From Phallusia mammillata (taxonomy: Eukaryota), in the NCBI GenBank assembly GCA_965637545.1, contig OZ281498.1:19778001-19842000 (forward strand): DNA of 64,000 bases, given 5' to 3'. The translations under genes and the position numbers were made by a program. The notes below the pieces were generated by a model. The model was not told the DNA's origin. It did not search any database and saw only the letters and a list, made by a program, of their open reading frames with translations. Below, in pieces: positions 45,201 through 56,991 of this stretch (within the stretch, counting starts at the first letter, position 1; the number at the start of each line of letters is the position of its first letter).

Positions 45201-48200
45201 CATCAGGTTACACTCCGTGTCGGAGAAATTGTCGCTCAAGTTTCCTGCTCTTGGAAACAGAAGTGGCCGAGAAAGGATTAGAATCAACAACCTTGTGCCA
45301 AAACAAAAAAGGCGGTTGCGCCCACAACTCAGCCATCTTGGCAAGAAGGGATGGGAAACATGCGGCCTCCAATCTAGCTAAATATACTTCCAACGCCATA
45401 TGGTTAACTCATAGGGTTAAAAAAACAGTTTATGCAGACTCAATGAGGAGCCTTCATAATGAAGGATTCACCACCCCAAGAAATAATCTTTAAAAAACAG
45501 CTAAAATTTTGCACGTAAAAATCAACTTATAAATACAAACTCACTCGTCACTCCAGTCACCTTTCCATTCAGTGGAGCTTCCCCAAGGATTTCTCAGTTT
45601 TACCAAATTCACGTAAGCACCTCGGTACGCCACCTATCGGTAAAATTTAGACATGATTACAATAGCTGAGTGAGAGGGTGCGTCAAACGCCTGCTTGACC
45701 GTTGTTATCTTTTTATCTGGTCAATGTCTATCATCAATGCAAATGTTTACAGTAGTTTGATTACAGATATCTGGCCTAGACGTAAATGATGCAGGAAGCA
45801 ATCTAACTAGCAAAATATGTTGTAATATGTTCAGAACCTATTTTTAACCAGACTTCAACAAGATATGACACCAAATATACAGCTATGAAGGGCCACGCTT
45901 AGTACACAAATCTGATTTGATGCCATAACGTTGTAAACTTTGATTAACTAAAGCGCATACAACGGTCCGGTTGGGCTGAGCAGAAAAGTAGCCTATAACT
46001 AATAAAGGTGTTCCAGATTTATTGCTCGGTATTCGACCAGGTGTTAATTAAAATGTGTAAACATCATGCGATGGTGAGTAATTGTTTGAACAAAGCTACA
46101 TCGCAAAAGCTGGAACTTTCTCCCTACAACTGGTACGTTTGAACTTTTATTAAAAATACAGAAACTAAATTATTGTACCGCTCTGTAGTTACATGGCAAC
46201 CTCATAGCACTTTTTGCCTAAATAGAAGTTTTTCTTTGTCCAGAAGAATAAATTACCTCAAATTTGTATATCTTACCTTTGCCACTTGTAGAACTGCGTA
46301 AGCATGGGCGCTCACCAGTCCTGTATTCTTATCCACGCTTTCTGTAGTACCTTCGATGCCAGCACAGGCAAAGCTGTCGTATTTCATAGCCCTGATTTAT
46401 ACATACAAAGTTAGTTAGCTGCTCAAGTCAAAGGAGAGATTGAAAGACTTGACAATGATTGATATTTGTATATGCAGAGTAGTAAGTCGGGCCAAGTTAG
46501 TTGTTAAATTTAATTGAACAGGTTTAAATCGGGCCAGAATTCACACTTGCAAATTCATCTGGGTATTTCTAACTATATATCTAACTCGGATATATAATTC
46601 AGATTTATTTGATAAACATCAAATTCGAACCGGTTGGAGCCAAATTTGGGCCCAGAATACAGACCCACATCAACTCTGGATTCACGATCCAGTTTTTAAG
46701 ATTTTTTTACAGAAGTCTTCGCATGGTTGAAATTTTTCTTTTACTTTTTAAGCACGGCAAATAAGTTGTCCGGTGTCTTGTTGCCAAGGTCATATGACAT
46801 CACAATCCCTCCAGTAAGGTCTTCCATTCCGTCTTGGGTGAATCCCCCTTCTATTGCTTGGTATGAGTTGTGGAGTCTTGCCAATCAAAAACAAAACTGA
46901 TTAAATGTTCTTCTAGTAACTATTGTTCCGTAGACTTTTAAACGATTTTATGAAAACTGCATGACAGCCATGAAACCGTGTTTTCATATGCTTTCAAATG
47001 TTACATCAAGTTTCAATTTAAATAATTTAAACTATTTTCGCGCTTTTAGCCTGTAAAGTTTATTAGTGTGTCGCAAATTTGAAAAGTTATAAGAAGTGCT
47101 GCCCTTAATGGAATTAGTTTTGTCAGTGGGCTATTTTATTCTTCGCATAAGACCTTACCCACTAATCCTTACATATACAAAATACAGCAGTCTTATCACA
47201 AGAACTCACTTTGCGTAAGCCTTTTCCACAAGAGGAAGCCAGAACTCGCTGCGGTCGCTCGATTTTCCGAAGCAAAGTGATCCGCGAATTGTAGGAAGGG
47301 CGTCATCTACTATGACGTCAACCCACTTTCCAAATCGCCAGAAACGAAAGTGAAACATTCCCACGTAATCGGCCCCTTGCATTACCTGATCTTCTGGGAT
47401 CACCTGCAACGCAAGCGGAAATATAAACTCGTGCGTTTATTTAACACCATAACTCACGTCAGACGCACATTTAGCTGAATTTCGATAGGTGGCGCAAAGA
47501 GCACAATCACCCATTTAAAACGGTATATCTCCAAAAATGCCAAAAAATAGAGCATTCCAGGTTGGGTTTGGTATTTATCAATAAAAGGTCAATAACACTA
47601 ACTTCAAAACTTTGTTACTAATGTTCAATTTTTAAAAAAAACTCACATACCAACTTTACCCCTTTTAGCTCCAAAATTAAAATTTTAGCTTTTTTGCACC
47701 ACCTATCGAAACTAGATAAATGTGGGGCGGATGTGAGTTATGGTGTTAGTAGTTCTATTTGCAAACCCACGCGTGTTAGACTTGCGTTTTGTATATACAG
47801 TAAACCTAGTTTAAACCCGATTCGATTAAGCCGGATCTTCGCTTAATTCGGACAAACCTACTGTACTGTGTTTGTGTTTGTACCTTTTTTAGGTATTTGG
47901 GAGACCTTGAAATGGCTGCACACGAAGCTAGGAACCAACAATTGCCCAGCATTCCTTGTCTAATATCTTCACTACTTGTTCCATCTTTGGTAAGTCGCGG
48001 TGAACTTGAGATGTCCTGAAAGTAAACGTTGTCAGTAAACTGTCTTGTTCGGTTTAAAAGCATGTAGCCAATAAATGATAAGAAGGCTGAAGACAGTGCA
48101 CACAGTGTCGACCTATACGGTCATTAGAGCAGCTGGCGACAAGGCATAAGTCGCATTTGGATATTTGATGTGTTTTATTTACTGTAATAAAAAATGCCTG

Positions 48201-50941
48201 AGAGTTTTTATGTCGTTAGTACATTATATTCCAGCCGTGTGTTGTGATAAAGTTTGCTATTGACGAAAGTTAACATATCTGCAATTTTCACTGCGTTCAC
48301 GCTCCTTTGTAGTTTTAGTTTTGTTTAAGACACTTTTTGTTCAGTTTTCCTGTGTTTAGTCCAGCAGTAATAGAAGTAATGCTTTTTAAACAACGTGATT
48401 AAGATGGAAAATATACTACAAATACGAAAATAGAATCCAGGTGTACAACCTGTCGCTGTTTTGTACGTCTCATTTGCATTTTACCGAACATGACTTTTGT
48501 ACCTACAGCTTTAGTTAAATTCAGCAAACAATGTTACCACCTATTTAATATGTACATAGTTCATCGTAACGTTCGCGGAAGCATCGTCCTTCGTCCTATA
48601 CTCACCACAGAAACACACTGAGCTGCGATAAGCGATAGCAATCCACTCTTGTTCAAATTCAACAAACAAGGTACCCGTTATTTGGTCAACCAACCCGGCG
48701 ATAATAGCCTACTCATATTCCCGTTATGGATAACATTATTGATTTTACCAACTTGAGGTCGAACCAATGCCAATGAATCTATATAAGCTAGAAAATGCCC
48801 ATTATATGATTAATCACGGGCACACCTTATTACTGTTTACCTTTGGTCTTTTCCATTCGATGTCCCTCCAGTTTGCAGGGGCACGGGAGGTGTAATAAAG
48901 CGACTTGGTTTCGCTCGGAAAGTCGACGTCTCTGTAAACGTAACTTTTACCTTCTTCCTCGCTTTTCTTGTGTATTGCGTCGCGGATTTCGTCGAAATCC
49001 TACAAAAGAAATGCTCATAAATAGTGTATTGTTTTCCAAATTTGATAAACTATCCCCTTGCTCTTCCCTTTTCGACTGTTTAATATGAGACAAAAATTGA
49101 CAACGATTTGTGGAAACATATAGCTAAAATTCATTGTAAAGATAAAACACGTATCTAATATGTGCATTCCACATATTTACACCCCTGCAAAAATATTATG
49201 TAACGTAATTAGCTTTAGTACCTACGATATTGTTTAAAATATTGGGTTTATACCGTAAGTGTAAAACGCACGATTTTAATTGCGTCGTGAATATACAAAA
49301 AAGGGTCAGTTGAAGACCTTTTTTGTTCAAACTAGCTGTTTAAGCGTGTTTAAATCGGCATTCAGTAAAATAAGCATTTAGTGTTCAGGCGTGAACAAAA
49401 AAATGAAACTGGGCGTTTAGAAACATTCGTGCACAAGTAAACCATCAAATATCACAAAAGGGATGTCGGTTAACGTGGTTTACAGTCCGCTGCTAGGCAA
49501 CCGCGTTTGACACTGAATAATGTTCGTTGTGTGTTTGAATTCAACAATAGCGGATGACCGCACCTATATTTGGTGACATTTGGTGACTCTGAAACCACTA
49601 TAATCGCAATCAAATAGGCAGACTCCGACAAACGCCAACGGCGTGTACAACTTAACAGCACCATTTAACCAACTATGGTTGATTTTGTACGCAACGGCAG
49701 GTAGCTAGGTTATATTTTTTAATTGCCAGTTGTAGTCTACTTAAATCCGGATCTTTATTTACCAAGCAATTGAAGTATTGAAGTATGCTCTATTCTGTAT
49801 GTGCCGATATAGAATGTAATAAACCCAATACAAATTTAACAACATGTCCTTGGGGACGTTTCCCTTATAACGCCCTAATGCCCTAAGCTTGTTGATAACA
49901 AGCAACCCTCAAGGCAATATGCGTATTATACATCACAGGCCAGCTGTTTTGCCTTGCAACTTTTAAAATTTGTTCAGAGTAAAAACACATAACATAACAA
50001 ACAAAGTTTAATATACAGAGGTAAGGTGTGTGCTTCAGCCATTTCTAAAACGCCCAGATAGGCTAAAACGCAGGAACTCGACGTCTTTGGATATGACGCT
50101 GATAGGTTGACATATATGATGCAAATATGTTTTACATCTTACGAAATTGGGATGGTGCTGCAATCATGTACATTAAATTCAGTCTGCGCAAGAGGGCATT
50201 AATTTTAGAAGACATGACTCACCCCCTGCCTTAACTGCGCACCTAAATACAACGACGGTTGTAACATTTAGATGTGTTGCAAACAGCCTATAGCTCTAAC
50301 CAATTCAGCCGTTCGTTTACAGTTACTTATACCCTATTACAAATGCCTTCACCAAAACACAACACACTATCAAGTTTGACGATATACTTCTAAACCAGCG
50401 GTTCCCAAACTGGGGTCCGCGGTCCTTTAGGGGTCCGTGAGGCAATTTGGGGGGGATCAACTTTCGTTTTTATGAAATACACATTTAGGCTTAAGGACCG
50501 CGAGCCCTCGAAATAATGACAAAGGGACCGTTTTGAAAAAAATATGAAAAAGTTTGGAAACCACTGTTCTAAACGGTAAATTAAGGACCACCTTCGATAA
50601 CTTGAATATAGCGAGTCTAGGTTGTGCACCACCAGTTACTGCATTTAGTTAGTACAACCATCAAAGTAAAATTGCCATCGTCAATTCCAATTATCGATAA
50701 TTACCATGTAGAAAAGTCAATAACACCTTGACTAGGCACACTTAATAAGATGCCATTTTAAATCTCATACCGACGTGACTTTATATTCGGAATACGTCGA
50801 GCTTCCTTCAACGTTTTCAGTGATGTCCGGATCAGCTCTTGGTTCAACAGGAGGAGGCGCTTCGGTCGTTGTCTCATTGAAGTCAATGTCATTTTCCTCC
50901 TCCTTGGGTTCTGGAGGAGGACTTGAATTGCTGTTCCCCAT
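42256..50941 (-). CDS. Atypical calpain (CysPc + CBSW/domain III only), about 547 aa, complete catalytic triad, predicted N-myristoylated
   Basis: 11 phase-consistent exons: 50941-50771, 48999-48841, 48015-47884, 47403-47210, 46876-46745, 46391-46277, 45633-45545, 44988-44818, 44332-44214, 43264-43128, 42480-42256. [11 protein letters not shown] (Cys), GLVSAHAY (His), LRNPWG (Asn), [45 protein letters not shown], then TAG. Confidence 0.93.
42507..42681 (+). mobile_element. tRNA-related SINE-like repeat, copy 5 (internally deleted)
   Basis: Leader GTGCTTGTGATCCAACTTTCGGCGGGTTCAGCACTGAGCCTG, A box TAGCTCAGTTGGTAAAGC, jumps to tail ending TATGATT. Confidence 0.75.
43357..43588. mobile_element. 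Charlie-like hAT MITE, same family as 57881-58129
   Basis: CAGTGGTTCCCAA ... TTGGGAACCAC; shared internal TTTAAATGATCTTTGTATGGTTTA..A.C..CTATGTAGTCT. Confidence 0.75.
43741..43910 (+). mobile_element. tRNA-related SINE-like repeat, copy 6 (5'-truncated)
   Basis: CAGCTCATTTGGTAGAGC A box, GGGTTCGAATTTC B box, shared tail. Confidence 0.7.
44019..44203. mobile_element. Degenerate MITE with TCGGG(C/T) repeats; related copy at 46475-46678
   Basis: Starts CAGACTTGTGAGTTGGGCC, ends GACCCGCTTATAAATCC; several TTCGGGC motifs; no TSD. Confidence 0.45.
46475..46678. mobile_element. Degenerate MITE (CAGAGT...ACTCTG termini)
   Basis: Termini CAGAGTAGTAAGTCGGGC and GACCCACATCAACTCTG; TSD not recognisable. 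Confidence 0.45.
50396..50566. mobile_element. hAT (Charlie-like) MITE
   Basis: TIR CAGCGGTTCCCAAACT / AGTTTGGAAACCACTG; exact 8-bp TSD TTCTAAAC (50388-50395, 50567-50574). Confidence 0.9.
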
Positions 50942-52166
50942 TGTTGTACAATTCTTAACTATAACCAACCTAACTATTATTCTAAACTATGTTACAGACC
51001 TGTAAGTAAAAACTCGATTACTTCAGACATTTGTGTGTTGTTTTGAACACGTTTACCCAACGGCCAATGTTTATTATATGCGACTCAATGCAAGCATATT
51101 ATAAGTAGTTAGTTTGCAGTAATCCAAAAACTCATATTGTCATCCAAGCAGCAAAGCGAAAGCGTTTCGTTTAAACTTTATGGCCCAAAAACCCGCAACG
51201 AAAATCATATTGAGGTCATCGCCACAGGGCGTTTAAACAAAAACAATGAAATTTACGCATGAGTAAGCACGAGTAGGGTCAACGAGTCTGGCAGTCGCCT
51301 TGTCCGAAAGCGTTCTTTTTGTCGCAATCAGTTTGCAACAGGCCTCATAGTCACTATCAAACTATGTAGAAGTAAAGTGAAATATAATCTATTACACATC
51401 AACACTAACGCGCCGTGGACTTCTAGGTAAACTCACTTTCTCAAAACAGGTTGTTTGACACTGACACATTTCTATTCATGTCTCTAACCCTAGCGAACGC
51501 AGTTAATATTTAACTAAACCCTGAATAGAACGGTACAGCTTACTCACATAAAAGTAAGAAATAACACATTTCCTCCATCAAAGCACACATCGATGACTGT
51601 AGGCGCTTTAGAATCCCAGCGGAATCCAACAGCGGCGTCTTCGAATGTTTGATATGGGCAATTACATGTCAACGTCCAATAGGCTACTTATTGACCGGTA
51701 GTGCGTCTGCATTTGCTCGGCCAACTGACCTGTTACATTGCCTGGTGACATGGTTATACTACTGTTAACAACTTTCCGTCTCATAGGAAATGACTGACCT
51801 GATGTCACATCTAACTGCAATTCACAACACTTAGAATGCAAGCTGTTCTAATTCATTTTTAATGTATGACTCAATTCAGCCTAGAAAACTGAGACGATTA
51901 CAAATAATAGACTAACCTGTTTGTAACCTTTCTTTCTTTCTTTCAACAGAAAGCACTGTGGCATAACAATTGTTATGCAAACTTGCTTATCAAACAATAA
52001 CTTCGAACCCTGTTGCAGTGAAACATTATCAGACCAACATTGATTACATCGTATTGCTCAACGAGGGCATTGACCGAATAGGCCTTCAAGCCTGCTCGCC
52101 TGCTGTCAAGAGGCGCTTGTGTAAGCCGCAGTGTCAGCAAAGCGCCTGAAAAAGCGAAGAAGGCAA

Positions 52167-52448
52167 ATGTCAACGATTTCTGGTTCAGGCACCTCAAGTG
52201 AGATGTCACAAAACGCCCAGAGAGCGACCAGAAATTAGTTATTACGTAATTATATTACAAATGGGTAGATACTTCAAGCCTTTACCTGCCTGTAAGGCGC
52301 TACCTTTATATTCAAACCTACTACGCCTAATTGCTGTTCTTTTGCAGCCTGGGAACCCAAGCGTCACAAATACGAAATTCTGCTTGATAATGAACCAGGA
52401 AAGTACATACGGTTCCCTAACTGCACGAGATGGTTCAGTTGCCTTTGA
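52167..52448 (+). CDS. Candidate 43-aa spliced microprotein MSTISGSGTSTWEPKRHKYEILLDNEPGKYIRFPNCTRWFSCL
   Basis: Exons 52167-52197 and 52348-52448; donor AA|GTGAGA, branch CTAAT, acceptor TTCTTTTGCAG; upstream strong acceptor at 51949 with ACTAAC branch and long pyrimidine tract; A at -3 of ATG. No homology recognised. Confidence 0.45.
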
Positions 52449-54103
52449 GACGTGCAACGGGCTTAGATTTATTGTTCACTTTCGATCGTGACTTCCTTTT
52501 CAAACAGAGCAACCCTATCGTTTAATGCAGGTTTATAAACGCATAACAGTCATAGGTGTTTTTAATCTTTTAATCTTAATCTTTTCTGTAAATAACTTCA
52601 AGTCGATGCGCAATGGCTGAATACTTCACTGATCAAACAGCAAAGAATAATCCTGTTTAAATTAACCACAATTAAGCTCGTTTGATACGGACCTAGTTTC
52701 AGTTGAACAACATCACACGCGCCCAGTAAAGTATTTTTTTTCACAATGACTGCTACACGCACAATAAGTTGTAAAACTGTTGTAAAATAGCGTATAATGC
52801 AATGTTGCAAGAAGATTATGCAGCCATACGCTGTGTGCTAGACTTGGGTATGTGTAACTGTAAAACAAAAGTCAAATGCAATATAGGGCGCTGTATAGTC
52901 TGGTTTGCTTTTGACCCATTGGCGCTTTTAATGCAGTGTCACATTTCCCAAGATCCCTTGGATAGTTGAAAGGAACAAACAATATCTCAAAAATTTTGCC
53001 TTTTGTAGGGAAGCCAGTAAATTAATGCCAAATTTTAACAAGGTGCAATTGCGTAAATTAGAAGGAGTTATTTCTGCTAGTCATTATTAAATGAGTTGAG
53101 TTAAGTTTATTTCGCTTGGGGAAAAAACATAGCACGAAAAAATCGAGAGTTAATTTATCCTTTATATGTCACACACCGGAACATTCAAAATCAAGTTTAG
53201 TATTGTACAGGCTCTATTGAAACTGTTTCGTGCGTAATACTTGCTTTTGCTGGGCGATATCCCAAAAGCATACAAGCGAAAACTAAAATGAAACTCTTTT
53301 TTCTATAAATTAAGTTCTCGCATCATAACAAGTTGGTTAGGAACGGTAGGCTATTGCGACAAAATGAAACATTGGTTTATCAATAGTGATGACACTTATT
53401 AGGTAAAGCTACAGCGGGGAAAAATGAAAGGCGTTTTATCTGAAACTGTTTTGCCACGCATTTAGTAGACGAAAAAATCTGCGGTATTTGCTAAGCGTTA
53501 ATGAGAAATACTAATAACCAGATGACCGGAAACTACACAATATGGCAGTCAGATAAAAGTTTCCTATTCATTTCAACTGAAATTGTGAGCGGAGTTGTCA
53601 AGTTTCAAGCCTTTGCTGAACTTTAATCTGGCAATAACGTCGAAATCATGTATTCTGTTGCCTTATTGGACCATTGTTTAAGCCCTAAACATCCACCATC
53701 CTCCAATTAAACCGAAAAGCTGCTTCCTTATTAATTTGCTGCGAATGCTGCTTTATCGGCATACTGACAATTTTCCTGGTAGCGTATAAGAGAAAGAAAT
53801 ATCAAGCTGTTTGTGGGCGAATACATTATGTGTAACGAAATCTAAAAAATTGTAGATTCGTGTATACAATGCTGTTACCAGTTTGTTTACACTTTATAAT
53901 TTATTTTATAAGACATTCGCTATAAATGATTAGTTAAAGTGAACGTATAACAAAGTAAAATCCAGGTTCAGTAGGGAAGAGAGTTCATGAGCGAAAAATG
54001 GGTATTAGTTTGCCAGTAGTCAGTGTTCTATGTTTTGTAAGAGATTACTACATAATTTTTACTGTTGATTTTGCATCTTTCACAGCATTTTGAAACGACA
54101 ATA

Positions 54104-56991
54104 ATGCATAGCTTGACAGCTTTTGCAGTTACTTTGCTTTTTGGCGTCGGAGTAGCCAAGTTTTATTATCCAGGTGGGATTTTTTTCCATGGTATATTAA
54201 ACTCCTGGCTAAGCTAGATTTTTAAAAGTTTGGTCCGGATTTCTGACTTGCAAGTTATTTTTTGGTCGGCCCACAATTTTAAAGTGTTTTTTTGCGCTTT
54301 TTAAGTATTTTTGCAAACTACTGTATATTTAAAACACAGAATAACTTTGGAACACTACATACGGATCTGTTCATAAGTTTAATGGTGAAAATAACGGCCC
54401 AAATAGACGTAAAAAGCAACATGCTTTATTGTTCAAACGTTTCGGCAAATGCTCATGCCATCATCAGTGATATGAAGGCCACATCAATTGCACCCATTTA
54501 TATACACTTTAGTCGCATAAAAGAATGATAAAAAGGTGCGAAACAAGCGTCGCATAAAAACGATAGATAAAAAGGTACCCAGAAGCGAGGTGAAAGCCAC
54601 CTGCGAGTGTGCGTCGAAACGTCCGAGGTGTGTCAACACCTTCAGGCCAACAAAGACCATGTAGTGGACTTTAAAAACCCGGAAGTGCTTGGGACAGCCA
54701 GGGACCGCTATCGACTAATGTTACTGGAATCAATTGTCATTCAACGCTATAAACCGGAATTAAACGTTGATTCTAAGTCGGTTCCTCTGTATTTGTTTAA
54801 TACCTAATTAACTTATTGCGTATTTTTGATGTGACGTGCTGTCCTACTATTGTTTCTTTGTTTGTAAATATATTGTATGTCGTAGTTGCTCTGCACCTGT
54901 TTGGTCAGACGCACACTCGCAGGTGGCTTACACCTCGCTTCTGCGCACCTTTTTTATCTATAGTTTTTATGCGACGTTTGTTTCGCACCTTTTTATCATT
55001 CTTTTATGCGACTAAAGTGTATATAAATGGGTGCAATTGATGTGGCCTTCATATCACTGATGATGGCATGAGCATTTGCCGAAACGTTTGAACAATAAAG
55101 CATGTTGCTTTTTACGTCTATTTGGGCCGTTATTTTCACCATTAAACAGAATAACTGTTTTGCAATTTTAAACAAAGCATTTGGTGAATATCAGTAAAAT
55201 TTTGACAACGGTATTTTTTACCCCATCTGCTGTTTAGTCTGGAGTTGGGTTGGCACCAGGACAGACATGTTATGTATAAATTTATTTTTTGATATATTTT
55301 ATTAGTTACGTCCATTGCATTTGTTAACTTGCCAGATTTAGGGTCCCGGACAAATGCAACAACCAGCGCAGCACAGCCCGAGTTATTTTTCCAAGGAATT
55401 TTCTCATTAATATTTGTTTTACATTACCAGCAATCTACTGCAGTTTGGGATGTTGGAAAGACAAACCTTTACATCACGCCATTACGAGCATGGAAGGAAG
55501 TTACTTGCTGGACGGAACTTATAAGAAACGTGACATGGCCATTGAAAAGTGTGCCAGGATAGCATTTGGCTGCAATTACAAAGCGTTTGCAATACAGGTG
55601 GGAAGGAGCGGGTTTAACATTGATGCAAATACGAACAAAGTCCATAAGCGAGCAATCCTTAATTGTTTGTTGCAACAACCTTGACGTCCAAAGTCTATCA
55701 ATTAGAGAGTTAGAGCGATATTTTGTTATCAACGGTTTTATTGAAAACAATTGCATTTTTTCAAAAACTATATGAGGTATTGGCGTAGCCTGAACAAAAT
55801 TTTGGAAGGGGCCAAATTATTACGATTATTTTTTGGAGGGGGCAAATAGTTGTTACTTTTTGGAAGTGTGTGAAGAGAAGAAATGTTCTTCTTGGTCCCA
55901 TGTCTATGCCAATGTATGAGAATTTAACTTTTACTTTAGGAACCAATAAAATTGCAGCGATAGTAGCTTTCTTCGAGCTATATTAATTGTAAAGCCTTTG
56001 TATTCGTAAACACTATTGGCCTCGAAAACCAATATCGAGCAATTTAATTTATGTGTTTTTCAGAATGGTGGACTGTGTTCGACTTCATGTGATGCTATCG
56101 ACGACTACAGCAAGTATGGTGCTTCCAACAGTTGCAAAGCAGACGGGAAGGGAGGTGTCAACGCAAACAACGTTTACGAAATCACGAAAGCCGCAAAGGG
56201 TACGATTTTTATATGATTTTGAAACATTTTTAACATGGTTTAAACACCAAATGCTTTTGAGTACGAATCCAAATCAGGTTATTTGTCCGTGGTTGCTGTT
56301 AAGACTGTTTGGATGTGATTTATGTTTTAGGGCCTGCAATTGTTAGCCGTTTGTTAACCTTGGGAAAAGCAAAACATTTGTACGTTTAGAATAAACAGTG
56401 AATCACCTAATGGCGTTCTATACCTCACGTTTTGGGTTAGCAAACCAATACTTAAAATAATTGACCCAAAACGCATCTGCAAGAGAGATTGTACTCTGTA
56501 AATACATTTTACTACATCTCAATCTGCAAATATTAACAGCATTAATCGTCGTAGCGCTAGCAGTAAATTACATTCAGTAGACAGAGAGGCTATTTTTCAG
56601 CAGTTTTGACCTGATATTTGTCCCGAAAAAGAGATGCATTTTGAACTGACTTCAACACACTTCAAGCCATTTTTGTATCATAGTTCGTCTGAAAAACCTG
56701 GGTTGTTGGAAGGACACCATACATAGAGCAATTCCAACAATGGAGAAACTACATAAAGTTCTGGATGGCAAGTACTGGACACGGAAGGAGGCCATAGCAA
56801 AATGTGTGCAGGCCGCATACAGTTGTGGTTACAACGTTATTGCTCTTCAAAACGGTGGCTGGTGCGCTGCATCAAAAACCGCAGGATTAACTTACAAGAA
56901 ATACGGCAAATGCAATACGTGTAAAGCTGGTGGTAAAGGAGGGCCGTGGGCCAACCAAGTATACAAGATTGTGGTGGTAAAAGAGAAGTAA
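54104..56991 (+). CDS. Secreted protein with signal peptide and two tandem WSC-like Cys domains, about 226 aa (C-terminus may extend by splicing)
   Basis: Exons 54104-54173 (MHSLTAFAVTLLFGVGVAKFYYP), 55431-55597, 56064-56199, 56684-56991, phases 1/0/1. Both repeats follow LGCWKD..AI..ME...LDG.Y..R..AI.KC...A....Y...A.QNGG.C......Y.KYG....C...GKGG..AN.VY, the WSC-like repeat of marine invertebrates. Confidence 0.85.
54377..55147 (+). mobile_element. 5'-truncated Penelope-like retroelement with an inverted pseudo-LTR
   Basis: About 240-bp inverted arms 54377-54615 and 54908-55147 (5 mismatches by eye) flank an ORF end ...QHLQANKDHVVDFKNPEVLG...LLESIVIQRYKPELNVDSKSVPLYLFNT*, typical of the GIY-YIG C-terminus of Penelope elements; hammerhead motif and AATAAA in the LTR. 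Confidence 0.88.
55054..55091 (+). ncRNA. Minimal hammerhead ribozyme in the Penelope LTR (mirror copy on minus strand at 54433-54470)
   Basis: UCA-CUGAUGA-U-GGCA(UGAGCAUU)UGCC-GAAA-C-GUU-UGA; 3-bp stem I, palindromic ACGU stem III. Confidence 0.75.

Noticed and set aside
49487-49501. RFX X-box-like GCTGCTAGGCAAC in calpain intron 1
   Set aside because: Single imperfect motif with no supporting cluster.
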